64,000 nucleotides of DNA, taken from NCBI GenBank assembly GCA_029288865.1, contig JARIGM010000035.1, forward strand, positions 26,258 through 90,257, read 5' to 3'. Below, one piece after another: positions 45,226-55,904 of this stretch; positions within the stretch are counted from its first letter, which is position 1; each line of letters begins with the position of its first letter. This DNA is from Candidatus Kaiserbacteria bacterium. Its GTDB lineage: Bacteria; Patescibacteriota; Minisyncoccia; Phycocordibacterales; Phycocordibacteraceae. The position numbers were made by a program, and so were the translations under genes. The notes under the pieces were generated by a model. The model did not search any database and was not told the DNA's origin. It saw nothing but the letters and a program-made list of their open reading frames with translations.

Positions 45226-46297
45226 TTACCAGTTCAATCCGTTCGTCCAGGCAACGGTGAACATCATCGTCATCTTGTTCGTGCTCACCATATCGCTAAT
45301 CGTGATATCCGGCTGGGCCGTGCAATACGCGCAGCGCAATACGGTGGGGTCTATCCAGCACCACATCCAGCAGGTCGTCCAAGGAACGCCTGACGCGAGC
45401 GCATCCCTTCCCCAAGCGATCCAGACCGTCCGCGACCGTACCCTCATCTACGTGTTCGCCGGGCTCGTCGCGCTCATTACGCTCTTCGCCTTCCTCTTGA
45501 TCCGCTTCGCGCTCTCCCCCACCAAAGCCTCGATGCTCATGCAGCGACGATTCATCGGCAACATCGCGCACGAACTACGCACGCCGCTCGCCGTCATGAA
45601 GACGAGCACGGAGGTGACGCTCATGGATCCGACGCTCCCGCCGGACGTGCGCGATACCCTCAACGAGAACATCACGGAACTCAACCGCATTTCCGAGATC
45701 ATCAACAACCTCCTCTCCTTCGACATGCTCATCCAGCCGCGTCGTATGAAGACCGAGCCAATCGATCTGGGCATGGTCGCGAATGTCGTGATGCAACGCC
45801 ATGAAGCGCTCGCTGAGTCGCGGAACGTCGGACTTCGCATGAACGTCAGCGGTCACCGCTATATCATCGGCAATGCCAGCGCCATGGAGCAGGTTGTGAC
45901 GAACCTCATGAAGAACGCCATCAACTACACGCCGTCAGATGGTAACGGGATGGTGGAAGTGCGCGTCGACAATGATTTCCAGAATCGCGTCGTGGTATCC
46001 GTGATCGATAACGGCATCGGTATCGCCCAGAAAGACCTCTATCGCGTGTTCGAGCCGTTCTATCGCGGCGATACGTCGCGCACGCGCGGCGTCGGAACGG
46101 GGACCAGCGGTCTTGGCCTTGCGATCGTGAACGAGATCGTGCGTATGCACCACGGCAGCATCAATATAAAAAGCGTCGTTGGCGAAGGCACGACCGTCTC
46201 GATCGCCTTCCCGCCGACCCCGACGCCATCTGAAGCGGTCGCGAACATCTTCGATACTGAAGATTCAGTCAACGAAGTCTCGATCGATTTCTCCTAA
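45164..46297 (+). CDS. sensor histidine kinase (2 TM, HisKA + HATPase_c)
   Basis: H-box HELRTPL; N, G1 and G2 boxes (NAINYT, DNGIGI, GLGLAIV). Overlaps the RR by about 60 nt if the first ATG is used. Terminator at 46409-46454. Confidence 0.8.
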   Translation: MKNPTPYLKRFAAWVTALTDSYQFNPFVQATVNIIVILFVLTISLIVISGWAVQYAQRNTVGSIQHHIQQVVQGTPDASASLPQAIQTVRDRTLIYVFAGLVALITLFAFLLIRFALSPTKASMLMQRRFIGNIAHELRTPLAVMKTSTEVTLMDPTLPPDVRDTLNENITELNRISEIINNLLSFDMLIQPRRMKTEPIDLGMVANVVMQRHEALAESRNVGLRMNVSGHRYIIGNASAMEQVVTNLMKNAINYTPSDGNGMVEVRVDNDFQNRVVVSVIDNGIGIAQKDLYRVFEPFYRGDTSRTRGVGTGTSGLGLAIVNEIVRMHHGSINIKSVVGEGTTVSIAFPPTPTPSEAVANIFDTEDSVNEVSIDFS

Positions 46298-46541
46298 GCA
46301 GCATCTTCACATTCACTTCATGCGAGCGCGCGTATGATACGCGTACGTGAGATCAGGCAATCGAGTTACAAGTAACCGTCGAGGCTATGAGTAAAAAACG
46401 AGGATGATTGGCCGGGAGAGTTCCTTCACCAAGGAGTTCTCCCGGCCTTTTTTATTTCTCCCTACGGATACCATTGCCGTAGATACCAGGCACCTTATAC
46501 GAACCATTTATATAAATAGAAGAGTCCTGCATTGCAGGACT

Positions 46542-47222
46542 CTAATTTAAGGCGAAACAGGGTTGCCAAGAAGTGTTTACCACTTCATATCCTTGCTCCA
46601 CGAGAAGGTTTCGTATGCCAGGAATATGACTCGCTCCCCAGTAGGTAACGATGTTGGAATGGGCGGCATATTTTAAGATGTACTGCACCGCAACCTGGTT
46701 CCTGTAGTCACGAATAATGAAAAGTTCTCTTATCTCGTTATCTGAGTTCCCGAATGTAGTGAAAATTGCCTCCACGAGTCGAGACACTTTTTGTATCATT
46801 CCGTCCCAATCATGAAGAACGGTTTCGTCTAATGAACGTAACCCCGGGGTGAGTCTCTTCCATTCTTCGGTCGTTAAGTCGGCAAGGATCCAGGATGGCG
46901 CGGGATATATTCTGGCCTGCTGAAACGCGAGACCAAACGGTTCAAGAGCCATATCGAGAGCCTTCCATTTTTCCTTAAGTAGAGGAACGAGAGGAAGACT
47001 TGCCGGGAGGTCGAGGCCAAGGTGGCCATCCACTGATTCATATAAAACGAGGTATCCATTCCGTTCATACTCGTCGAGCTGACGCGTGATTGAATCGTAA
47101 AATGCTGGCGACCCCACGTGCGAAACACCCATAAGCACCACTTTCCGCGAACCTTTGCACAACTCAATGTGCGGAGTATGCACTATATTTTCCTGTAACA
47201 ATGTACAATCCGAGACAAGCAT
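46542..47222 (-). CDS. TraB/GumN-family-like protein
   Basis: …VVLMGVSHVGSPAFY… and …YWGASHIPG… resemble TraB/GumN GTxH motifs. AT-rich gene. Confidence 0.4.
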   Translation of the reverse strand: MLVSDCTLLQENIVHTPHIELCKGSRKVVLMGVSHVGSPAFYDSITRQLDEYERNGYLVLYESVDGHLGLDLPASLPLVPLLKEKWKALDMALEPFGLAFQQARIYPAPSWILADLTTEEWKRLTPGLRSLDETVLHDWDGMIQKVSRLVEAIFTTFGNSDNEIRELFIIRDYRNQVAVQYILKYAAHSNIVTYWGASHIPGIRNLLVEQGYEVVNTSWQPCFALN

Positions 47223-47345
47223 GATTATCCCTTCTTTTCTCGAAGATTACCTAATGACATAATAACACACACCTATAAAATGTCGAACTGTATGTTTGGT
47301 TCAGTATTGGAAGCTTCTTCTCTTAAAGAGAAAGAATATTTCTCT

Positions 47346-48215
47346 TTAGATTCCCGAGAGTAAAAGGAGTGAGACACCGCCTGCGGCGATGCAGTACCAG
47401 GCGAAGATCGTGAGCGTGCTTGTCTTAAAAAAGCGCGTGAGGAACATCACGGAGAGATATGCGGCGATGCCCGACACGAGCGCGCCGACGAAGATCGGCC
47501 CGACTGGGAAATCTGCATGCAAAAGTTTCGGGAGCTTGAGGACTGCTGCTGCGAGAATGATCGGCGTCGCGAGGAGGAACGAGAAGCGCGCAGCGCTTTC
47601 GTGATCAAGTCCTGCGAGCAAGCCTCCTGCGAGCGAAGCACCGGTGCGAGAGAATCCGGGGATGAGCGCCAGCGCTTGCATGAGGCCGGCGCCGAGCGCC
47701 GGAAGCCATGGCAGCTTCGCGATCGCCGCATCGCCGCTCAAGCGAAGATTCTCATAGCGGCGGCGCTGTCGCTTCACCATCTCGATGCCGTAGAGCAATA
47801 CGCCGTTCAGGATAAGCGCGCATGCCACGAGTTGCGGCGCTGCGAATAGTCCTTCAACCTTTTTCTGCAATATGATGCCGAGCAAGCCAGCCGGAATCGT
47901 TGCAATAATGAGCACCCACACGAGCCGCGCGTACGTGTCAGAAGGATCGATACGGCGCGCGATGATCGAACGGATGAATCCCAAGAACATCTGGTACCAG
48001 TCCTTCCAGAAGAATGCGAGCAATACGAGCGCGGTCGCGAAATGCGTCGCGACGAGGAATACCACGAAATACGCGCCATTCTGATCGAGCTGCCAATGCA
48101 GCAGCGCCGTGATCAGGACGGAGTGCCCGAGGCTTGAGATCGGAAAGAGTTCCGTGCAGCCTTGCACGAGTCCGAGGAAAATAGCTTGTCCGTACGTGAG
48201 CATATCGCTATACAA
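47346..48215 (-). CDS. uppP: undecaprenyl-diphosphate phosphatase
   Basis: LVQGCTELFPISSLGH and the C-terminal PGxSRSG motif region. Confidence 0.8.
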   Translation of the reverse strand: MYSDMLTYGQAIFLGLVQGCTELFPISSLGHSVLITALLHWQLDQNGAYFVVFLVATHFATALVLLAFFWKDWYQMFLGFIRSIIARRIDPSDTYARLVWVLIIATIPAGLLGIILQKKVEGLFAAPQLVACALILNGVLLYGIEMVKRQRRRYENLRLSGDAAIAKLPWLPALGAGLMQALALIPGFSRTGASLAGGLLAGLDHESAARFSFLLATPIILAAAVLKLPKLLHADFPVGPIFVGALVSGIAAYLSVMFLTRFFKTSTLTIFAWYCIAAGGVSLLLLSGI

Positions 48216-48219
48216 TACA

Positions 48220-48993
48220 CTATGATTTGAGGCCAGCTCCCTTTCCGAAGAGGTAGAGTGTGAGTACGAGGAGCGCGACGATGAAGGCTGTCATGACGCC
48301 GAAGCTCACCCCGACGGAGACATCGCTGATGCCGAGGAAGCCGTAACGGAATGCATTCACCATATACAGGATCGGATTTGCGAGCGAGAGGTAGCGGAAG
48401 AATACTGGCAGCTTGTCGATGGAATAGAAAACGCCTCCAAGGTACGTGAGCGGCGTGAGCACGAATGTCGGGACGATGTTGATCGCATCGAACGTCTTCG
48501 CGTAGATACCGTTCAAGAGGCCGGCGATCGAGAACAGGATAGACGTGAGCAAGACAGCGCCGAAGATCACGAGCAGATTGAAGATCACCAAGTGCGTAAA
48601 GAAAAGCGAGACGCCGAGCACCAGCACCGCGACGATGAGCGCACGCACGACGCCCCCAGTGACGAACCCTGCGACGATCACCCAGTTCGGAAGCGGCGAG
48701 ACGAGCAGCTCTTCGAGATACCGCTGCATCTTCGCGCCGAAGAAGGTCGAGACGACATTGGTGTATGCGTTCGTGATCACGGCCATCATCACGAGGCCCG
48801 GCACGATGAATTGGATGTATGAAAAGCCGTGCGTCGGCGGAAGCTGCGAACCGATGAACGTGCCGAATATCGCGAAATAGAGCCCCATCGTGATGACGGA
48901 CGGCAGCAAGGTCTGCATCCAGATGCGGAACACGCGCAAGACTTCTTTCCGCACGATGGTGAGATACCCGATGATGGTTGGTGATCGAAACAT
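48220..48993 (-). CDS. ABC-2 family transporter permease
   Basis: Six TM helices in the ABC-2 pattern; operonic with the ATPase. Confidence 0.7.
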   Translation of the reverse strand: MFRSPTIIGYLTIVRKEVLRVFRIWMQTLLPSVITMGLYFAIFGTFIGSQLPPTHGFSYIQFIVPGLVMMAVITNAYTNVVSTFFGAKMQRYLEELLVSPLPNWVIVAGFVTGGVVRALIVAVLVLGVSLFFTHLVIFNLLVIFGAVLLTSILFSIAGLLNGIYAKTFDAINIVPTFVLTPLTYLGGVFYSIDKLPVFFRYLSLANPILYMVNAFRYGFLGISDVSVGVSFGVMTAFIVALLVLTLYLFGKGAGLKS

Positions 48994-48994
48994 A

Positions 48995-49918
48995 TTATTT
49001 CTTGGTGAGTTCTAAGAACACCTCTTCGAGGCGGCTGCCGCTGTTGCGGATATTCACGATGCCGAGCCCGATCGACGAGATCTTGCGGAGCACGTCATTC
49101 GCCGTGTCGCCATGCTGGAGACGCACCTCGAGCGTCGTCTCATCGTGCTTCTTGATCGGGTAGCCACGCAAGAGCTGCAGCTCCGCTTGGCGGATCGGCT
49201 CTACCGTATCGACGAGGAGCGTTACGCCGGAAAGATTAGTGAGAAGATCCTTCACCGTTCCTTCGCGGATGATCGCGCCCTGGTCGATGATCGCAACGCG
49301 ACGGCAGAGCTGCTCAGCCTCTTCGAGATAGTGCGTGGTGAGGATGATGGTCGTGCCGTCGTTGTTCAGCTCGCGGAGGAAGGTCCACATGCTGCGGCGA
49401 AGCTCGACGTCGACGCCAGCCGTCGGTTCGTCCAAAAGAAGCACCTTTGGCTCGTGGATGAGGGCTCGCGCGATCATGAGCCGACGCTTCATGCCGCCTG
49501 ATAGCTGATTGGACGCAGTGAATCGCTTGTCCCAGAGCTCGAGATCCTTAAGGAGCTGCTCGGCGCGCGGCAACGCTTCTTTGCGCGGAATGCCGTAGTA
49601 GCCGGCCTGGTTCACGACGATATCGATCACCTTCTCGAACCAGTTGAAATTGAACTCCTGCGGAACCACGCCGATAAAGCTTTTCGCTTTGTCGTGGTCC
49701 ACGTCGATCGAGACGCCATTCACCGAGATAGTGCCGCTGGTCTTATTCACCAGTCCCGAGAGGATACCAATTAACGTTGATTTTCCGGCGCCATTCGGGC
49801 CGAGAAGCGCCATGAACTCTCCCGCCGGTACCGTGAGAGATACGCCCTTTAGCGCCTCAACTCCGGTCTTGTAGACTTTCTTCACTTCCCCGATCTCAAT
49901 TGCTGGAATCTTAGCCAT
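48995..49918 (-). CDS. ABC transporter ATP-binding protein
   Basis: Walker A GPNGAGKST, signature LSGGMKRRL, Walker B LLLDEPTAGVD. Confidence 0.85.
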   Translation of the reverse strand: MAKIPAIEIGEVKKVYKTGVEALKGVSLTVPAGEFMALLGPNGAGKSTLIGILSGLVNKTSGTISVNGVSIDVDHDKAKSFIGVVPQEFNFNWFEKVIDIVVNQAGYYGIPRKEALPRAEQLLKDLELWDKRFTASNQLSGGMKRRLMIARALIHEPKVLLLDEPTAGVDVELRRSMWTFLRELNNDGTTIILTTHYLEEAEQLCRRVAIIDQGAIIREGTVKDLLTNLSGVTLLVDTVEPIRQAELQLLRGYPIKKHDETTLEVRLQHGDTANDVLRKISSIGLGIVNIRNSGSRLEEVFLELTKK

Positions 49919-50011
49919 TTTTACAAGTATAGCTGAAAAGGAGGGTATTTAGCAAAATTGTGTATTACCCACTCTATGTTCGAGTGATGATGGGGTATTC
50001 TATATATAAGT

Positions 50012-50365
50012 ATGTCCTTTCTTCACAACCACCACACGGAAGATCGCCCTTGGGGATCGTTCGAGCAATTCACACTGAACGAGGCCTCGACCGTGAAGAT
50101 TCTCCGCATGAATCCGGGCCAACGATTGTCCTTGCAGCGCCACGAGCACCGGTCTGAATTCTGGAAAGTGATCGAGGGAGACGGCATCGCGTATACCGGC
50201 ACAGAAGAGCGCGCCGTGCAGCTGGGAGACGAGATCGAGATCGAAGTGGGTGCCGTGCACCGCCTCACCGGCGGCGAGCACGGCTGCGCCGTGCTCGAGA
50301 TAGCATTCGGCGAATTTGACGAACAGGACCTTCAGCGACTAGAGGACGATTTCGGAAGAGCATAA
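50012..50365 (+). CDS. cupin domain protein (mannose-6-phosphate isomerase type II C-terminal-like)
   Basis: RMNPGQRLSLQRHEHRSEFW…GD…H motif set. Confidence 0.6.
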   Translation: MSFLHNHHTEDRPWGSFEQFTLNEASTVKILRMNPGQRLSLQRHEHRSEFWKVIEGDGIAYTGTEERAVQLGDEIEIEVGAVHRLTGGEHGCAVLEIAFGEFDEQDLQRLEDDFGRA

Positions 50366-50371
50366 CAGACC

Positions 50372-51529
50372 ATGGAGTACGTGACATTCTTCATCCTCGT
50401 CCTCATCGCCTTCGGAGTGAGCGGCATGTTCCTCTGGGGCGCATGGCATGCGCTCACCGATCCGTGGACACGACGGCATCAGATCGAACGGCTCCGGGAG
50501 ATATTCTCGCTCAAACGCCATGACGCGAATCCGCTCATGGGCCCGGGCCGCTATGAGTTCGAACAGGCAGCAGTGATGAATCCCGCTGCGGTGCATGACG
50601 GCGACGAGACGCATCTCTTTTACCGCGCCATCGGCGCGGATGGCGTCTCCCGCATCGGCTACGCATCCTCGAAAGACGGCATCACGATCGATAATCGCCT
50701 TCCCTACCCGGTGTTCGCACTCGAAGGACCGGATCCTCATCTTGCAGCGCTTCGTCGCGCATACGCGGAAAAGAATTATCCTGAGCTCGTCGCATCGGGC
50801 GGCAGCTGGGGCGGCACGGAAGACCCACGTGCCGTGATCATCGAAGATCGCATGTATCTCTCCTTCTCAGCTTTCCATAATTGGGATTCGGTTCGCATCG
50901 GCGTCACTTCCATCGCAACGTCGGACCTGAAGAAGCGAAAGTGGAATTGGTCGCGTCCCGCGTTCTTGTCTGCGCCGAATCAGGTGCAGAAGAACTGGGT
51001 ACTCTTCCCTGAAAAGATATTCGGCAAGTTCGCGATCTTGCATAGCCTCTATAACGGATCTCGCGAACGTGTTTCGGTTGATTATCTCAACACGCTTGAT
51101 GGTCGTGAGCCATACATAAACAGCTCACGTAACGACAGCTCGGATGGGACTGTTTGGGATAGTCGCATGCGCGGCGCAGGGTCGCCCCCGATCAAGACCG
51201 AGAAAGGCTGGCTGCAGTTCTATCACGCGAACGACAATGCCGAACCACATAAATATAAAGTCGGCGCGCTCTTACTTGATCTAAACGATCCGACGAAAGT
51301 CATCGCTCGCTCTCCAGTACCCGTACTTGAACCAAATGCGCGCTATGAAGCAGACGGCGCAAAGCCAGGCATCGTCTACGTCTCGGGCGCGACCGTTCAT
51401 GACGACCAACTCACCGTTTACTACGGCGCTGCAGATGAGACTGTCTGTGCTGCAACTGCTTCTCTCTCGAAGTTTGCGAACGAACTATCCGAGCATAAGC
51501 CGGTAACGCTCACCCCAGCATTCTCCTGA
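50372..51529 (+). CDS. GH130 family glycoside phosphorylase-like protein with N-terminal TM anchor
   Basis: NPAAV…LFYRA…S.IG.A.S.DG and further GH130 (DUF377) pattern. Confidence 0.65.
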   Translation: MEYVTFFILVLIAFGVSGMFLWGAWHALTDPWTRRHQIERLREIFSLKRHDANPLMGPGRYEFEQAAVMNPAAVHDGDETHLFYRAIGADGVSRIGYASSKDGITIDNRLPYPVFALEGPDPHLAALRRAYAEKNYPELVASGGSWGGTEDPRAVIIEDRMYLSFSAFHNWDSVRIGVTSIATSDLKKRKWNWSRPAFLSAPNQVQKNWVLFPEKIFGKFAILHSLYNGSRERVSVDYLNTLDGREPYINSSRNDSSDGTVWDSRMRGAGSPPIKTEKGWLQFYHANDNAEPHKYKVGALLLDLNDPTKVIARSPVPVLEPNARYEADGAKPGIVYVSGATVHDDQLTVYYGAADETVCAATASLSKFANELSEHKPVTLTPAFS

Positions 51530-51530
51530 T

Positions 51531-53444
51531 ATGTTCAGCGTCTTCCGCTCTCCCGAGAATCCATTCATCACGCCGAGCCGCTCGCGAGCCTTTGAAGCGA
51601 TCGGCGCATTCAATCCTTCCGTTGTCGCGACGAAAGGAAAGAAACACATCTTCTATCGCGCGATGTCGGAGCCTGACGCGATCCGTACACCAGGTCGCGG
51701 ATTCTCAACTGTTGGGTATACAGAATGGCGCGATGGCGAAGAATGTGATCCCGGCAGACAGATACTGACGCCCGTCGAAGGATGGGAATCTTATGGCTGC
51801 GAAGATCCACGTGCGACCTTCTTCGAAGGAAAATGGTATGTCTTCTATACTGCGCTCGGCGGCTTCCCGTTCGGACCCGACAATATCAAGTGTGCCGTTG
51901 CGATCGGCGATGCTCCTGACTCGCTCATCGAGCGGCACCTCATGACGCCGTTCAACGCAAAAGCAGCGACGCTCTTCCCTGAACGCATCGACGGCGACGC
52001 CGTGCTCTTGCTCACTGCACACACTGACTGGACAGCTGATTACCCGCGTCCGACGATCGGCATCGCTCGCTCGAAGAACATCGAAGATTTCTGGAGCGAG
52101 GCATTCTGGAATGACTGGCATGCGAACCTTCTCGATCACGCATTTCCTGACGTGCGTCGTGCAGATTCAGAGCACATGGAAATCGGTGCTGCGCCTGTCC
52201 TCACCGATTTCGGCTGGCTGCTCGTCTATTCGCACATCCAAAATTATTACGACGAGCACGCACGCATCTTCGGCGTCGAAGCGTTGCTTCTTGATCGCAA
52301 CGATCCGATGCAGATCATCGGCAAGACTGAGCATCCGTTCCTCGTGCCAGAAGAATCATATGAAAAGTACGGCATCGTCTCGAACATCGTCTTCCCGACC
52401 GGCGCGACGATCGAAGGCGATCAGCTGACCGTCTTTTATGGCGGCGCAGACACTGTATGTGCAACCGCGACGCTTTCACTTGTCGGCCTCCTCTCAAGCA
52501 TGCACGAGAACACGCGACTCTCGCTCGTCACCCGCGTCAGCGATACGCCGATCATCTCACCTGATCCTTCGCACCCGTGGGAGTCATGGTCCGTATCGAA
52601 TGCTGCAGCGATCGATATTGATGGATCAGTGCATCTACTCTATCGCGCAACGAATGAGAATAACTATTCACAGCTCGGCTATGCTCGACTCGACGATGCG
52701 ATGAACGTCGACATGCGGATTGCCGAGCCGGTGTACGGTCCGCGCATTCCGGAAGAGTCGCATGGCACGGAAGATCCACGACTAACGCTAATCGATGGCA
52801 CGGTCTATCTCACCTACACCGCCTTCGACGGTTCGCGTGCTCGCGGCGTGCTCGCTTCTATCGTACCTAAAGACTTGAGTACGCAGCGTTTTGAATGGTC
52901 TGCTCCACAGCTCATCACTCCTGAGTATGAAAACGATAAGGATCTTGCGCTTTTTCCTGAACGGATCGACGGCAAGGTCGCGCTCTTGCATCGCATCGAT
53001 CCTGACATGTGCATCGAGATGTATGACGAATTCCCGCCGAATCACGTGATGAATCGAAGCGTGGAATTCATGTCACCGCGCCCGGGCATGTGGGACGGGG
53101 TGAAGATCGGCGCAGCTGCACCACCGATTCGTACGCCTCAAGGATGGCTCATGATCTATCACGCCGTCGGTATGGACTTCCACTATCGTCTGGGCGCAGC
53201 GCTTTTAAGCCCGGATGCTATGACAGTCCTTGCGCGGACCGCATCCCCTATATTCGAATCAGTATTGCCATGGGAGAAGGAAGGAGTGGTGAACAATGTC
53301 GTGTTCTCCTGCGGCATGGTCGTGCGCGATGACACTATTTACCTGTATTATGGTGGAGCTGATAAGCACATCGGCGTCGCGACCGTTTCGCTTCCGGAAT
53401 TACTACGACGCCTGAGCTCTCCCGATTCATCTCATGTTTCTTAA
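51531..53444 (+). CDS. tandem double-GH130-domain protein
   Basis: Two consecutive GH130-like domains (FNPSVV…IFYRAMSE… and SNAAAIDIDGSVHLLYRATNE…). Confidence 0.65.
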   Translation: MFSVFRSPENPFITPSRSRAFEAIGAFNPSVVATKGKKHIFYRAMSEPDAIRTPGRGFSTVGYTEWRDGEECDPGRQILTPVEGWESYGCEDPRATFFEGKWYVFYTALGGFPFGPDNIKCAVAIGDAPDSLIERHLMTPFNAKAATLFPERIDGDAVLLLTAHTDWTADYPRPTIGIARSKNIEDFWSEAFWNDWHANLLDHAFPDVRRADSEHMEIGAAPVLTDFGWLLVYSHIQNYYDEHARIFGVEALLLDRNDPMQIIGKTEHPFLVPEESYEKYGIVSNIVFPTGATIEGDQLTVFYGGADTVCATATLSLVGLLSSMHENTRLSLVTRVSDTPIISPDPSHPWESWSVSNAAAIDIDGSVHLLYRATNENNYSQLGYARLDDAMNVDMRIAEPVYGPRIPEESHGTEDPRLTLIDGTVYLTYTAFDGSRARGVLASIVPKDLSTQRFEWSAPQLITPEYENDKDLALFPERIDGKVALLHRIDPDMCIEMYDEFPPNHVMNRSVEFMSPRPGMWDGVKIGAAAPPIRTPQGWLMIYHAVGMDFHYRLGAALLSPDAMTVLARTASPIFESVLPWEKEGVVNNVVFSCGMVVRDDTIYLYYGGADKHIGVATVSLPELLRRLSSPDSSHVS

Positions 53445-54189
53445 CCCATTCCCGCAGTTCATCATGTTCGATCTCGATAACACGCTTGCAGTAAGTAAGC
53501 AGCCGATCGATGCAGAGATGGCGAGCATTCTTGCAAATCTAATGAGGCGTACCCGTGTGGGAATAATCTCGGGAGGCGGTTTAGAGCAGCTCGAGAAACA
53601 AGTTGCTGCACAATTGCCTCCGCATGCTGATATGCAGAGATTGTACCTGCAGCCCACTTCAGGTGCTGCACTCTATACATTTGATGGTATGTGGAAAAAG
53701 AAATACGAAGAGTCTCTCTCTGATGACGAGGTGCGTCGCATCGAAGACGCGATTGAGACTGCAGTCCAAGAAACAGGTGTCGTTGATACGGCAACGCCTT
53801 CATACGGTGAGCGTACTGAGTCGAGAGGTGCAGAAGTCGTATTCTCTGCGCTCGGGCAGCAAGCGCCATGGGAAAAGAAAAAGCTATGGGATCCTGAGAT
53901 GAAAAAACGACACCTCTTGCAAGACGCACTGATACATCTACTTCCCGGCTTCGAAGTTAAAATCGGCGGATCCACTTCTATCGATGTAACGAAGCGTGGT
54001 GTGAACAAGGCGTTCGGCGTACGTAAGATCAGCGAGCTCTTCGATATCGCGATCGGCGATATGCTGTATGTGGGAGATCAGCTCTCGAATGGCGGCAACG
54101 ACGAAGTCGTGAAAGAAACTGGCATCGCGACCCATGCCGTGAGCGGCCCTGATGAGACGAAACAATTTATTACTAACCTGCTTGCGTAA
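53434..54189 (+). CDS. HAD-IIB family hydrolase (sugar-phosphate phosphatase-like)
   Basis: HAD motif I FDLDNTL; C-terminal GD…NDE motif. Confidence 0.65.
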   Translation: MFLNPFPQFIMFDLDNTLAVSKQPIDAEMASILANLMRRTRVGIISGGGLEQLEKQVAAQLPPHADMQRLYLQPTSGAALYTFDGMWKKKYEESLSDDEVRRIEDAIETAVQETGVVDTATPSYGERTESRGAEVVFSALGQQAPWEKKKLWDPEMKKRHLLQDALIHLLPGFEVKIGGSTSIDVTKRGVNKAFGVRKISELFDIAIGDMLYVGDQLSNGGNDEVVKETGIATHAVSGPDETKQFITNLLA

Positions 54190-54196
54190 TAATCCT

Positions 54197-55870
54197 ATGA
54201 ATACGAACTTGCTCGACGAACTCAAGAAAGATGTGCGCGGCGAAGTGTCCGATGCGCAAGCAGAACGCGATTTGTATAAGCACGACACGAGCATCTTTGA
54301 GCTCACGCCGGAGCTCGTCGTGTATCCGCAAGATGCGGCGGATGTCTCGGCAATCGTGAAGAATGTAAAAGCAGCAAAAGAACGTGGCGAGAACGTGTCG
54401 ATCACGGGACGATCTGCAGGAACGGATATGTCAGGCGGTCCGCTCACCACATCCGTCGTTGCAGTATTCACGAAGCATATGAATAAAGTACTCGAAGTCG
54501 GCGACGGATACGCGATCGCAGAACCCGGCGTATACTACCGCGACTTCGAAAAGGCGACGCTTGCGAAAGTCGAGCACGGTTTCGGACAGATCCTTCCTTC
54601 CTATCCGGCATCTCGCGAGCTCTGTGCGATCGGCGGCATCGTGAACAACAACTCCGGCGGCGAGCGCACGCTCAAATACGGCAAGACCGAGAACTACATC
54701 GCCGAGACCGAGATGGTGCTCGCAGACGGTAGCATCGTAACGTTCAATGACCTCACGCCGGACGAGCTCGCACAGAAAAAGCAGCAGCAGGATTTCGAAG
54801 GCGAGATATACCGCAAGATGTCCGAACTGCTCGAAATAAATAAGGAAGTCATCAAAAATGCGAAGCCGAAAGTATCGAAGAACTCTGCCGGCTATGCGCT
54901 CTGGAACGTGATAGACGAAAAGACGGGCACGTTCAATCTTGCCCGACTCATCTGCGGCGCACAAGGCACGCTCGGCCTCATGACAAAAGCGAAGCTCCGC
55001 CTCGTGAAGGAAGAGACGCATCGTGCGATGCTTGTAATTTTCCTTACAGATCTGAACGTACTTCCTGAGATCGTGCGACGCATCTTGCCGCTTGATCCGG
55101 AATCATTTGAATCGTATGACGATCAGACATTCAAGCTTGCCGTGAAGTTCATGCCGCAGATGCTCGCTCAGATGGGCCTCATACAAGCGGCCGAACTCGG
55201 CATTTCCTTCTTGCCGGAAGTCGGCATGGCGATTACGGGCGGCATTCCGAAACTCATTCTCATGGCTGAATTTTCAGAAGACATGGCCAAGCAAGCGGCC
55301 GATAAAGCGAAGGCTGCGCAAAAAGCATTGGATGGACTCGACCTCACTACGAGCGTAAAGAAGAACGAGCGCGCCAGCGCAAAGTATTGGAAGGTCCGTC
55401 GCGAAAGTTTCGCGCTCCTTCGCAAACATTCGAAAGGCATGTATGCAGCACCGTTCATCGACGACTTCGTCGTGCCGCCATCATCCTATCCGCAGTTCTT
55501 GCCTGAGCTCAATGCGCTGCTCAAGCAATACGAGAAGCAATTTATATATACGGTCGCCGGACACATCGGGAATGGAAATTTCCACATCATCCCGCTCATG
55601 GATCTCAATAATCCTGAAGTCCGCAAGGTCGTGCTCGAGCTCGCTCCGAAGGTATATGAACTCGTAATCAAGTACGGCGGCACCACGACCGGCGAACACA
55701 ACGATGGTATTATTCGGACGCCCTATCTCCCAATGCTCTTCGGCGAAGAGGTCGTGAAGCTTTTCGAAGAGACCAAGAACATCTTCGATCCACTCAACAT
55801 CTTCAACCCTGGAAAGAAAGTTCACGGAACCTTCACCGACATCCAAAACGACATGCTCACACACGTGTGA
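54197..55870 (+). CDS. FAD-binding oxidoreductase (FAD-linked oxidase, GlcD/D-lactate dehydrogenase-like)
   Basis: FAD_binding_4 pattern (RSAGTDMSGG…) and a C-terminal FAD-oxidase_C-like region. Confidence 0.7.
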   Translation: MNTNLLDELKKDVRGEVSDAQAERDLYKHDTSIFELTPELVVYPQDAADVSAIVKNVKAAKERGENVSITGRSAGTDMSGGPLTTSVVAVFTKHMNKVLEVGDGYAIAEPGVYYRDFEKATLAKVEHGFGQILPSYPASRELCAIGGIVNNNSGGERTLKYGKTENYIAETEMVLADGSIVTFNDLTPDELAQKKQQQDFEGEIYRKMSELLEINKEVIKNAKPKVSKNSAGYALWNVIDEKTGTFNLARLICGAQGTLGLMTKAKLRLVKEETHRAMLVIFLTDLNVLPEIVRRILPLDPESFESYDDQTFKLAVKFMPQMLAQMGLIQAAELGISFLPEVGMAITGGIPKLILMAEFSEDMAKQAADKAKAAQKALDGLDLTTSVKKNERASAKYWKVRRESFALLRKHSKGMYAAPFIDDFVVPPSSYPQFLPELNALLKQYEKQFIYTVAGHIGNGNFHIIPLMDLNNPEVRKVVLELAPKVYELVIKYGGTTTGEHNDGIIRTPYLPMLFGEEVVKLFEETKNIFDPLNIFNPGKKVHGTFTDIQNDMLTHV

Positions 55871-55904
55871 TGACAGGACTCACCGCAGAGTATACCCTGC
55901 ATCT

